This document shows positions 10,483-18,720 of a stretch of DNA of 40,447 bases, piece after piece. The notes under the pieces are model-generated. The model searched no databases. It was not told the DNA's origin and was given only the letters and a program-made list of their open reading frames with translations. The stretch is from Leptospiraceae bacterium. GTDB lineage: Bacteria; Spirochaetota; Leptospiria; Leptospirales; Leptospiraceae. Within the stretch, counting starts at the first letter, position 1. Each line of letters starts with the position of its first letter. Made by a program: the position numbers and the translations under genes. Location: contig JANMOF010000135.1 of assembly GCA_031368925.1 (NCBI GenBank), positions 1 to 40,447 on the forward strand. The letters run 5' to 3'.

Positions 10483-10514
10483 GAGTTGCGGAAAATAGCT
10501 ATTCCCCGCAACTC
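10483..10514. terminator. 9-bp inverted repeat (gagttgcgg/ccgcaactc) with a 14-nt loop followed by tatttttc. Hairpin between the peptidase gene and the downstream 156-aa gene
   Basis: Perfect stem read directly from the sequence. A T-run follows on the + strand and a weaker U-run on the - strand. Confidence 0.45.
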
Positions 10515-10534
10515 TATTTTTCTTAACTCTACTA

Positions 10535-11845
10535 TTAACTAACGAATGCCGCAAAGCAAGGAGAAGACTCCATCAAAGCTTTCTTAGTGATGTAACAATA
10601 TCCTTTATCGCCCCAACTTGTTCCCCAAGAATTTTTCACTATGTAATAGTTTCCGATATAACCAACTATCAACATTGAGTGACACCCATGTTTTCCGGAC
10701 GGTTTTTCTGCTTGTCTCAAAATTCCATCTCGACCAATTTTCTGAAACTCTGTTCCTGTGTTCATATAAAATTCTACAGGTATACCCTTCGACAGTAATT
10801 TTTTCAGATCTTCAATTCCAACATTAACAGGGTTTAGCTTAATCTTGTAATTTGCCGCATCCTTATTCATTTCTTCTTCACTAACTTTTGGTTTTTTGTC
10901 ATCGTTAGGCCATAACTTTGCGCTGCAAATTCCATACTTGACTATATTCTTAAAAGGCTCAATATTTCCTGGAGTTCCATCGGAAGCAGCATGAGCTTTT
11001 TCAAAACTAGTGAATTTTTTTAGAAGTTTATGTGTGCGTAACATGGTATAGTTAGTAGAAAGTTCTTCATGCTTTTTGTTAGCCATTATTCGCAGCATTT
11101 CAAATCCATGTGTCATAGCATATGCTTTACAACGCCCAGTCTGTTTTTGGTTACCAATCGGAGAACAGTATTTTCTTAGATCAACTATTTCCTTAGGGTC
11201 TACATTTTTCAATTCATCTGGAAGTACTTGCGGTTTTGGTATTTCTTCTTTTCGAGGAGGATCTACCAAATGTAGATTTTCGGTTTGAAACTTCTGTCCG
11301 AAAATAGCTAGCAGAATAGCAAACGACTCCGGTGTTAAGAATCCCTGTGGAATTACCATGTCTCCGTTTTTATAAAACTTTATCGTATCAAAAGAAGAAC
11401 TTGGACTTTCAAAAGCTAATTGTTCATAGTAACTGCTAGCCGCTGCTTCTTCAACCGGTTCATTTCCTTCTTCAGCCATCCAATCGTCATATGATTCACC
11501 GAAATGTTCGTTGTCAGCAAAAACCTTTCCACCAAATTCCTCATAGTCTTCGTCTGACCAATCACCATTATCCTCTTCTAGCCATTCATCTTCTAAATCA
11601 TAATCAGCAGCCGACTCAAATGCATCGTCATCGTCACCAAGATCATAATCTAATTCTTCTCCATCATCTTCGGGCTCTTCCTCTGCTTCTTCTTCACCAG
11701 ATTCATCTTCTTCTGGCTCGTCACTTCCTGTATCATCCGAATCGTCTTCGTCCGGAGAAAAAAGTTGAAGATCCATTAAAAAAACTGGATGCAAAACTTC
11801 CTTATTATTCTCGCTTTCTATAATTACTTTTTCATTATTCTCCAT
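10535..11845 (-). CDS. Papain-like (family C1A) cysteine peptidase with a ~170-aa poly-acidic (Asp/Glu-rich) N-terminal extension and no signal peptide
   Basis: VDLRKY...SPIGNQKQTGRCKAYA (Gln/Cys region). GKHGCHSMLIVGY (His). YIVKNSWGTSWGDKGYCYI (Asn-Ser-Trp-Gly). N-terminus EDDSDDTGSDEPEEDESGEEEAEEEPEDDGEE. Confidence 0.8.
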   Translation of the reverse strand: MENNEKVIIESENNKEVLHPVFLMDLQLFSPDEDDSDDTGSDEPEEDESGEEEAEEEPEDDGEELDYDLGDDDDAFESAADYDLEDEWLEEDNGDWSDEDYEEFGGKVFADNEHFGESYDDWMAEEGNEPVEEAAASSYYEQLAFESPSSSFDTIKFYKNGDMVIPQGFLTPESFAILLAIFGQKFQTENLHLVDPPRKEEIPKPQVLPDELKNVDPKEIVDLRKYCSPIGNQKQTGRCKAYAMTHGFEMLRIMANKKHEELSTNYTMLRTHKLLKKFTSFEKAHAASDGTPGNIEPFKNIVKYGICSAKLWPNDDKKPKVSEEEMNKDAANYKIKLNPVNVGIEDLKKLLSKGIPVEFYMNTGTEFQKIGRDGILRQAEKPSGKHGCHSMLIVGYIGNYYIVKNSWGTSWGDKGYCYITKKALMESSPCFAAFVS

Positions 11846-12086
11846 TTTCCCTCCAGACCATGTCTGCTATTAGAAAGATTACTTTTATTTAATGAAATTT
11901 ATATGTCTATTTTTTTTTCCTATACCCTAATTCTTTTTAATAACTTATAAGCCTCAGTATTGTTTAATTATAAAACAACGGTAATAAAAAAGAATTACTA
12001 TTGATTATCCGCTATCATAAAATATTCTAGTTGAAGCTTAGACTGAGTATTATAAAATGCAACGAAAGAGTGGAAGGTATAAATAA

Positions 12087-12278
12087 ATGATTTTCTTAAT
12101 ATCTGTTTTTAAAATATTAATCTCAATTTTTATCGGGGCTTTAGTAGGTTTTTTTGGACCCTTTATCATTGCACAATTTGATGGAAATCCGGCATGGTCT
12201 TTCGTCACAATGATAACTGTTCCTATTGGTATGCTAATTGGGTTAGTGGTTGGAATAGTGATTATCGTATATAAATAA
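12087..12278 (+). CDS. Small membrane protein with two TM helices (63 aa)
   Basis: Two hydrophobic helices, follows AT-rich divergent promoter region. Confidence 0.4.
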   Translation: MIFLISVFKILISIFIGALVGFFGPFIIAQFDGNPAWSFVTMITVPIGMLIGLVVGIVIIVYK

Positions 12279-12467
12279 TCCCTTAAATGGGAATTGAATC
12301 GTACTATTTTTATTACATACAGATCATTCAATAAAAAACATGAGGATAATAAGGTATTTCCCCCTGCACTATACCCGGGCACCAACCTTAAAAGATAATT
12401 TTTCTTTCTTGACTAAAGCAATTACTTTTATTTTATTCGAATACTCGATAATTAAAAGGAGAGTTGT

Positions 12468-12779
12468 ATGAAATTTATATCCCCCGTTCTTAAAAGAACT
12501 ATTAAGGCAGATAAAACCAAATTAGCAGATTTACTCAAGATGATAAAAAAAACGGATGATCCATTTCTCATTGTCTCAGACAGCGAGATGACTTATATAC
12601 AAGTTTTCTGGACATCAAAGGGATACATTGTTGAATACCAGGAAGGTAGCATAAAAAAACACTACGAGTCAGTCAAAAGAGTAACAATGACGGAAGCGAG
12701 AAAATCAATTGAACTTTATATGGATGGAGATAAATCCTGGAAAGATCGAATTGAATATGTTAAAATGAAAATACAATAA
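12468..12779 (+). CDS. Hypothetical 103-aa cytoplasmic protein
   Basis: ORF with a GGAG-type RBS (aaaaggagagttgtATG). Confidence 0.45.
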   Translation: MKFISPVLKRTIKADKTKLADLLKMIKKTDDPFLIVSDSEMTYIQVFWTSKGYIVEYQEGSIKKHYESVKRVTMTEARKSIELYMDGDKSWKDRIEYVKMKIQ

Positions 12780-12891
12780 AATCTCATCGCAAATCAATTG
12801 CATTTGATTTGTGAAATAAAGATAAACTAGAAATCTAATTGCGAAAAATCTCTGCTATTTTATAATAGCCCAAATTTTTCATGGAGAAAAT

Positions 12892-13158
12892 ATGAACAAA
12901 ACAATTTTAACATTAATCGCTATGCTTGCACTTAGTTTTTTTTCCTTTACTTCTATTGTTGCTAAAGATAAAAACGAGAATGAAAACAAAAAGGAAAACA
13001 ATGATGATAAGAAAAGTTGCAAAAAAGAGTGCGGCGTAGCTCTCAATAATTGCAACACTGAAACTAGCAAAATCAGCAAAGAGAAGAAAGCTGAAAGAAA
13101 AGCAAATCACGAAAAATGCCAGAAAGCATTCACGGATTGCAAATCTTCTTGTAAGTAA
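12892..13158 (+). CDS. Small secreted Lys-rich, 6-Cys peptide (signal peptide plus a ~65-aa mature part)
   Basis: Signal MNKTILTLIAMLALSFFSFTSIVA. Mature part KDKNENENKKENNDDKKSCKKECGVALNNCNTE...CQKAFTDCKSSCK with a C-x3-C ... C ... C ... C-x3-C pattern. Confidence 0.5.
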   Translation: MNKTILTLIAMLALSFFSFTSIVAKDKNENENKKENNDDKKSCKKECGVALNNCNTETSKISKEKKAERKANHEKCQKAFTDCKSSCK

Positions 13159-13181
13159 TTTTTTACTAACCCCCTTACATT

Positions 13182-13466
13182 ATGCCCTACGATATTACAT
13201 TTTGCGGCGGACAGGATTGTCCGCTAAAAGAGAATTGCTTGCGTTTTACTGGAGTAGCTTTTGGTAGAAGAGATTATTTCGGAAACATACCGTATGATTT
13301 TACAAAAATGCAATGCGAGCATTACTGGGACGATAGACCGAGTGAGGATAATATTCGTTTACTTGCCTATAAGCTGTGGCAACAAGCAGGATGTCTCGTT
13401 GGTAAAGATTTGGAATATTGGTTAATCGCAAAAAACCAATTGATTTATAATTTGCGCAATTCTTAA
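13182..13466 (+). CDS. Small Cys-containing protein with a DUF2934-like C-terminal helical motif
   Basis: IRLLAYKLWQQAGCLVGKDLEYWLIAKNQL resembles the A-Y-x-L-W ... D-L-x-x-W-L motif of DUF2934-type proteins. N-terminus has C-x4-C-x6-C. Confidence 0.4.
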   Translation: MPYDITFCGGQDCPLKENCLRFTGVAFGRRDYFGNIPYDFTKMQCEHYWDDRPSEDNIRLLAYKLWQQAGCLVGKDLEYWLIAKNQLIYNLRNS

Positions 13467-13471
13467 TTATT

Positions 13472-13933
13472 ATGCTAACAAAAATTGAATCAGAAGTTTT
13501 GTTTGGAGCAATGAAACACGCACGAGTGGAAGGGGAATACATACAAATATCCTCATCTCCTATTGCCAAGAAAGAAGGCAATGAAATTTATACATGGAAA
13601 AATATTCATTCTAGTGAATTTCCAGTTTCAAATGAATTGTATGAGAATTGGGTTCTTAAAAACAAAGAGCCCATTTCACTAGATAATTTTTTAGAAGATA
13701 TAGAGGTTAAATTTACAACCTGGAAAGACTTTGATTCAATCAGTAATAATAAAGTATGGTCAGTATTGTATTCTTTTTCCAGACCAGGTATATCGAATGA
13801 TGGGAAATTTGCACTCGTGCAATTAACAGCATTTTGCCCCTCAGGTCCTCCGAATTACGGGAGTATTTTCTTACTTGAAAGGTCTACTTCCGGTTGGATT
13901 GTAAAATTTAACTATGGGTTATACAATCAATAA
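13472..13933 (+). CDS. Hypothetical 153-aa protein
   Basis: ORF only. Confidence 0.4.
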   Translation: MLTKIESEVLFGAMKHARVEGEYIQISSSPIAKKEGNEIYTWKNIHSSEFPVSNELYENWVLKNKEPISLDNFLEDIEVKFTTWKDFDSISNNKVWSVLYSFSRPGISNDGKFALVQLTAFCPSGPPNYGSIFLLERSTSGWIVKFNYGLYNQ

Positions 13934-14347
13934 TCATCTGCTGCTAGCGAGGATAATCGCTGTAATCTCTACAATGAGTAGAGGAAAAAGAGAGTAAATC
14001 ATTAAATTAAAATTTGATTCTATCAGGTAATTAGTGAACTTACCCTTACCTATTATCTTCTCTAAAACAATTACTGTACTATTAGGTGCATCATTAAAAT
14101 CTATCTGCACTAAATAAAAAAATATATAAAAGAAATTCATTCCCAAAAATAGCAATAAATCCAGCGCATCGGGATTAGGGAAACTCATTGTATTCAAAAA
14201 CTTCCAGCCTGCGTACAGGTGAAGGGCAGAAATCAAAAGAAATCCAATTCCAAAAATAAATAAAAACCATCCAAATGCAAGAACTCTAAATACAAGCATA
14301 AGAAATGTAATAATTACTAATGTTGTCTTAAGTGCGACTAATGCCAT
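13934..14347 (-). CDS. Integral membrane protein (4 TM helices), downstream of the second C1 peptidase
   Basis: Hydrophobic helices. Confidence 0.4.
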   Translation of the reverse strand: MALVALKTTLVIITFLMLVFRVLAFGWFLFIFGIGFLLISALHLYAGWKFLNTMSFPNPDALDLLLFLGMNFFYIFFYLVQIDFNDAPNSTVIVLEKIIGKGKFTNYLIESNFNLMIYSLFPLLIVEITAIILASSR

Positions 14348-14565
14348 ATTGCCTCTCTTTAATAAACCACATAGCTCGGCTGTTGGTCAATGTCAGTAAG
14401 TTAAGAAAGAGAAAAGAATGATTAACCGCGAAGGGCACGAAGAACGCGAAGAAAAGACTAGTTTTGATAAACTCCTTCGTGAACTTCGTGCCATTCGTGG
14501 TAAAAATTCTCTTTTTGCACAAACTCTTTTAGACATCGACTACGCTTTACGTTATGCGCTATTTT

Positions 14566-15921
14566 TTATTTATCTTCTTCCTCTTCATCATCATCTTCCT
14601 CTTCTTCGTCATCACCCTCTTCTTCGTCATCACCCTCTTCTTCGTCGTCTTCCTCTTCCCCCGAATCTTCGATTTGCCAAGTTTCAGTTAAGGTTGCTAA
14701 GAATTCCTCTTCTTCCTCAGAAAGATCATCAACACCTATGATTTCTCTTATATCATTTAAAATTTTTGCTAGTAAAGCAGCAGATAGATATTCTCCTACG
14801 AGACTTATTGATTCATCTAGAAGATCTTCATTGTCTTTTTCTTTCGCACAATTTTTTAGAATTGCTTTTGCAGACATAGTTACGCCCAATTTTTCAAGAG
14901 TGGTCTGCATATAAGTAGAGATTTCATCGTATTCTTCTTCACTAACATCTCCATCAGCTGCTGCAGCGGCTAATACGATTAGTCCGAGTCTAAACTCTAG
15001 CGGATAATCACCCATAGCATCTAGCATTTCTTGGTAGTCTTCCTCGCTCATATCTGCAAGTTCAGAATCATAGTCCCCAGTGATAGAAGACTCATCTCCC
15101 CAAGTAGATTCATCCACTTCAAAATTAGTAAGTTGCTTAATAATCCAAGTATCACCGTCATTGTATTTCGGATTAACCAGATAATCATATGGAATATAGC
15201 AATAACCCTTGTCTCCCCAATCCTCTCCCCATGAATTTCTAACAATAAAAACTTTATCTGGGTCAGAGTAGCCAACGCATAACATTGCATGTCCGCTGTG
15301 AGATTCCCTTGACTCTTCTGATGGAGTTGGAGCAGGGACTAATCCCGGTTTGCGCTGTGAGTCAAATGAATTAAATAAACTTAATCCAAAAATAATTGGA
15401 TGTCCTTCTGCTAATACTTGCTTCCAGGCATTTAAGTTTACCGGAACGGATTGCATATCTTCTACCACAAAATTTGCAGCTTCTGTAAAAGCTTCTTCCG
15501 GGGGCTCTTCCTTAAATTTGTCTATTTCATAGGGCCAAGTTCCTTCAGAACACGCACCTTTCTCTTGTAAACTTTCAATGGCAGACGCAATTACACATCC
15601 AGCATCTTCTTTAGCAGTTCCATCAATTTCTCTTGCATTATAATAAATGAAAAGCCTACTAACATCATAGCTGTCTATACCTTTGTGCTTTTTTACCAGA
15701 TATTCGTAAGCACCAGCTACTGCATTTGCGACACAACTTCCGATCTGGTCTTGGTCCTCTACTTTTGTCATATATTTCCTGAGATCGACTTTTGGAGGAA
15801 GCTTACTTGGAGCACTGCTACTTGCTGCATACTGTTTAGTTCCTGCTTTAGGTTTAGCCGCTTTGTAGCCATGAACTTGTCTTGATGAACCGTCTGCTCG
15901 ATTTAATGTAAAATTTGCCAT
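14566..15921 (-). CDS. Papain-like (C1A) cysteine peptidase fused to a TerB-like domain and a C-terminal poly-acidic tail. Probable start is the Met at 15921; the ORF extends to 15978
   Basis: KVDLRKYMTKVEDQDQIGSCVANAV, HSGHAMLCVGY and IVRNSWGEDWGDKGYCYI (C1A catalytic motifs). EFRLGLIVLAAAAADGDVSEEEYDEI...ILNDIREIIGVDDLSEEEEEFL (TerB-like). Tail EEEDDEEEGDDEEEGDDEEEEDDDEEEEDK. Confidence 0.75.
   Translation of the reverse strand: MANFTLNRADGSSRQVHGYKAAKPKAGTKQYAASSSAPSKLPPKVDLRKYMTKVEDQDQIGSCVANAVAGAYEYLVKKHKGIDSYDVSRLFIYYNAREIDGTAKEDAGCVIASAIESLQEKGACSEGTWPYEIDKFKEEPPEEAFTEAANFVVEDMQSVPVNLNAWKQVLAEGHPIIFGLSLFNSFDSQRKPGLVPAPTPSEESRESHSGHAMLCVGYSDPDKVFIVRNSWGEDWGDKGYCYIPYDYLVNPKYNDGDTWIIKQLTNFEVDESTWGDESSITGDYDSELADMSEEDYQEMLDAMGDYPLEFRLGLIVLAAAAADGDVSEEEYDEISTYMQTTLEKLGVTMSAKAILKNCAKEKDNEDLLDESISLVGEYLSAALLAKILNDIREIIGVDDLSEEEEEFLATLTETWQIEDSGEEEDDEEEGDDEEEGDDEEEEDDDEEEEDK
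14589..14658. repeat. Tandem 18-bp repeat of about 4 copies. Two are perfect (gtcatcaccctcttcttc at 14607-14624 and 14625-14642), flanked by degenerate copies. It encodes the (D/E)6 units of the acidic tail
   Basis: Read directly from the sequence. Unit is a multiple of 3. Confidence 0.8.
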
Positions 15922-16227
15922 TGTTGTTCCTTGAATTATAAAATCTAAATGAGAGAGAAATTTAAAAACTAAACCCATTAAAAAAAACTTATTGATTTAT
16001 TAAATGATAAATATTGAAATAGGCAAATTATTTTTTGCATTGCAAAATGTTATGCCAAACAAAGCAAGTGAGTCTTACTCTTATTATCCGGAAAACTAAT
16101 TTTATTTAAAAATAAGGTATGTATACTTACGTTAATGTTATATACAAAATAATCAAAAAAAAGTTTCTGGATTATTGCTTGGATAAAATTCCAAAAGTAA
16201 ATATCTCAAAATTAAAGGAAATAAAAA

Positions 16228-16440
16228 ATGAATATAGATAAAGCAGTAGATAAAGCATTCGCAGCAAAGTCATTAAAAGAAATAGCAGATGCGCCGGTAG
16301 ACGCTCTTAAAGGTGTAAGCGAAGGTGATGCAGAACTTTTACAAAAGGCATTCAATGTTAAAACAGTAAGGGACCTAGCTGAACTTAAGTATGTAAAATG
16401 GGCACAAGCAATTGTAGCTTTATCGGAAACTGAATCTTAA
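16228..16440 (+). CDS. Small 70-aa protein with a helix-hairpin-helix-like motif
   Basis: LKGVSEGDAELLQKAFNVKTVRDLA resembles an HhH element. RBS aaaggaaataaaaaATG. Confidence 0.4.
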   Translation: MNIDKAVDKAFAAKSLKEIADAPVDALKGVSEGDAELLQKAFNVKTVRDLAELKYVKWAQAIVALSETES

Positions 16441-16520
16441 AATATAGCTTTCTGAACAAAATACGGAAGTCTCATTTAATTTATCAGGCTTTCGTATTTT
16501 AGAAATCACTTAAAAACAGA

Positions 16521-16820
16521 ATGATAGCATACATAGTTACTTTTATTTCAGCCATCTTTGCTTTGGGAGTTGGAACGTTAGGCGGTTACCTAAGCTTTAA
16601 TCTTATCAAAGATGTTCGCGACGATTCAACGAGTATAATTGTTGGTTGGATTCTTTTAATCATTTCGCTTGCATACACTGCTAGCCCGACAATATCTATA
16701 ATATTAATCAAATCAGATCGAATAGGTTGGAGTTATATTTATAATATTTTATCAATATTGATTAGTATTGCTCTCATAGCAATACTAATCAGCTCTCTTG
16801 AAGCAGCAGCAAGACCTTAA
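16521..16820 (+). CDS. Small membrane protein (3 TM helices)
   Basis: Hydrophobic ORF. Confidence 0.35.
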   Translation: MIAYIVTFISAIFALGVGTLGGYLSFNLIKDVRDDSTSIIVGWILLIISLAYTASPTISIILIKSDRIGWSYIYNILSILISIALIAILISSLEAAARP

Positions 16821-16860
16821 TAATTCGAATCATTTCACAGGGACTAATTCAGATTATCCA

Positions 16861-18657
16861 CTATGACTTAATCTCATCTTTAATGTCTTGAATATCAGTT
16901 TTCTCAACGACAGGTATTTTCGGATTTGTTGCATCAGGAGTCTCTTCTTTTGGCGCAATATAACCGCCCTGCCCTGCTTCTACAATTTCTATTTCTACAT
17001 TAGATGCAATCGGTGCTCCCGATGGAGGTAATAATGTAAGAGAAAGCTTATGAACCGTGCTAAACTTAGGCATAATGAATGTTAGCTCGGATGCACTTTT
17101 ACATTCTGTTCCAATAGGATTACTAACTCCTTCCAAAAGAATTTTAGTTCCCTGTACAAATCCTGAACCCAAGATTGTTACCATCACGTTCTCTTGATTA
17201 ATCTCAATATTATTTGGAGTAACCGCATTGATTGCTATTTCTTTTCCAATTGCTTTACTACCCAAATAACCAGTTTGACTAACACCCATTAGCCCTAACA
17301 ATGTGGGCGGAATATCAGGAAGTCCTTGTAGCGGATTCCCGAGCGCGATGTTATAAATATAAGCTCCAATCGATACAATTGTAAATCCAAACAACTGTAA
17401 GCGGGACAAATCAACACTCCCCCCTTCACAAAATAAATTACTCAATTCAGGAGGTTTGGATTTGATTTCGTTCTTTGGTCTCTTTGCACCAAGTCCATTT
17501 GCAGCGATTAATCCACCGTAACTGATTGACATGAGCACTACAAGAGTAGGATTAAAGTCTGGAATTCTTCCATTTCGAAGTAGTAGCCCCTGACTTATAA
17601 TTACATACGAATAACTCCCAATAGCCGCTATCGTCCATACAAATGCCTGAAACTTAGAAAGACTGTAGCTATTAGTCGCTCTATCGGTTAGCATTAGTTC
17701 AAAAAAATATACAATAGAAGGTCTTTTTACTCCACCTCTCATTTTCATATCTCTTTCCTGGTGAGTTTTAATCAAACCTCTCAAAATTAGATAAAGAGAA
17801 ATCAGAAAAAGGATAATCACGATTAACCCGAAAAAACCAGACATCCATTTCCATGTTGGAGGCAGTAGTGTCAGTCCTACGAAATTGGAAGGGCGACCCG
17901 AAACAAATAATCTTATTTTCAGAGATTTACGAATTTGCCCCCCTTTCATTAGGTCTCTTTTTAAAGGTATGTTGAATTTTATTTCTTGTTCTTCATTGAC
18001 GATTGGAGAAAGATAAAATGGATGCTTCTCATCAATTTCAATAAAAGTATCTTCCCCTTTTTCGTTTTTTGATGATTCATAAAGCACAATAGTTAAATTA
18101 TAAATATCACTACCAAAGTTATTTCCCGTAAGTGTAATCGTATCTCCGCGTGTCCCACCTTCTGGATTAATGCTTGAGATAAATGGTTGTTTGCCCGGCT
18201 GGTCATTAAGCAAAGGAATAGTAAAATCAAGCACAGCCTCTAGAGTCTCAGGTGAATTAGGATACTTAGAAAAGAGTTTAATCTGTGTTTTCCCCGATTC
18301 GATTTTATAATAAGCGGCGACTAAAAAATTAATAATACTCGGATTTTCATAATCCTTCACAGCAGAGCCAACTATAATGTCTGTCTTTACTTCTCCAATT
18401 TGTATTCTCAGCTTTTTATCTTTTTTACCATTTAGCTCTTCAATTAACTCATCAGGCGTATCACTAACGATAGATACCCAATAAGTATCATTGGATAAAT
18501 CCTTAAAGCTAAAATACTCAATATCATATTTGGAATTCGACATCGTATCCGAACTCGGGTGAGGTTGTTGGGGCTGCGTAACATCGGTCGGTGTATTACT
18601 TATCTGAGCAAAAAGTAAAGACGGGATGAATAGCAGTAAAATTATTTTTTTAAGCAA
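16861..18657 (-). CDS. Membrane-anchored protein with a signal peptide, two IPT/TIG-like Ig-fold domains and a central multi-TM region
   Basis: Signal MLKKIILLLFIPSLLFAQ. ISSINPEGGTRGDTITLTGNNFG and VTPNNIEINQENVMVTILGSGF are IPT/TIG-like. Confidence 0.5.
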   Translation of the reverse strand: MLKKIILLLFIPSLLFAQISNTPTDVTQPQQPHPSSDTMSNSKYDIEYFSFKDLSNDTYWVSIVSDTPDELIEELNGKKDKKLRIQIGEVKTDIIVGSAVKDYENPSIINFLVAAYYKIESGKTQIKLFSKYPNSPETLEAVLDFTIPLLNDQPGKQPFISSINPEGGTRGDTITLTGNNFGSDIYNLTIVLYESSKNEKGEDTFIEIDEKHPFYLSPIVNEEQEIKFNIPLKRDLMKGGQIRKSLKIRLFVSGRPSNFVGLTLLPPTWKWMSGFFGLIVIILFLISLYLILRGLIKTHQERDMKMRGGVKRPSIVYFFELMLTDRATNSYSLSKFQAFVWTIAAIGSYSYVIISQGLLLRNGRIPDFNPTLVVLMSISYGGLIAANGLGAKRPKNEIKSKPPELSNLFCEGGSVDLSRLQLFGFTIVSIGAYIYNIALGNPLQGLPDIPPTLLGLMGVSQTGYLGSKAIGKEIAINAVTPNNIEINQENVMVTILGSGFVQGTKILLEGVSNPIGTECKSASELTFIMPKFSTVHKLSLTLLPPSGAPIASNVEIEIVEAGQGGYIAPKEETPDATNPKIPVVEKTDIQDIKDEIKS

Positions 18658-18720
18658 TGTTTGTCTCCCTTGGTAAATTAGAACTGTTTTACAGTTTTTT
18701 ATATCGAGAAAAAATGCAAT

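Noticed and set aside
11491-11823. 110-aa His/Leu-rich + strand ORF
   Set aside because: Antisense of the poly-acidic coding region (GAA/GAT repeats read as Leu/His/Ser). An artefact of the repeat
12050-12385. 111-aa minus-strand ORF spanning an intergenic region
   Set aside because: Overlaps the better-supported 63-aa TM ORF on the opposite strand and the AT-rich promoter region. No motif
14418-14741. 107-aa ORF with HHHLPLLRHHPLLRHHPLLRR repeats
   Set aside because: Antisense reading of the 18-bp acidic tandem repeat of the peptidase-TerB gene, not an independent gene
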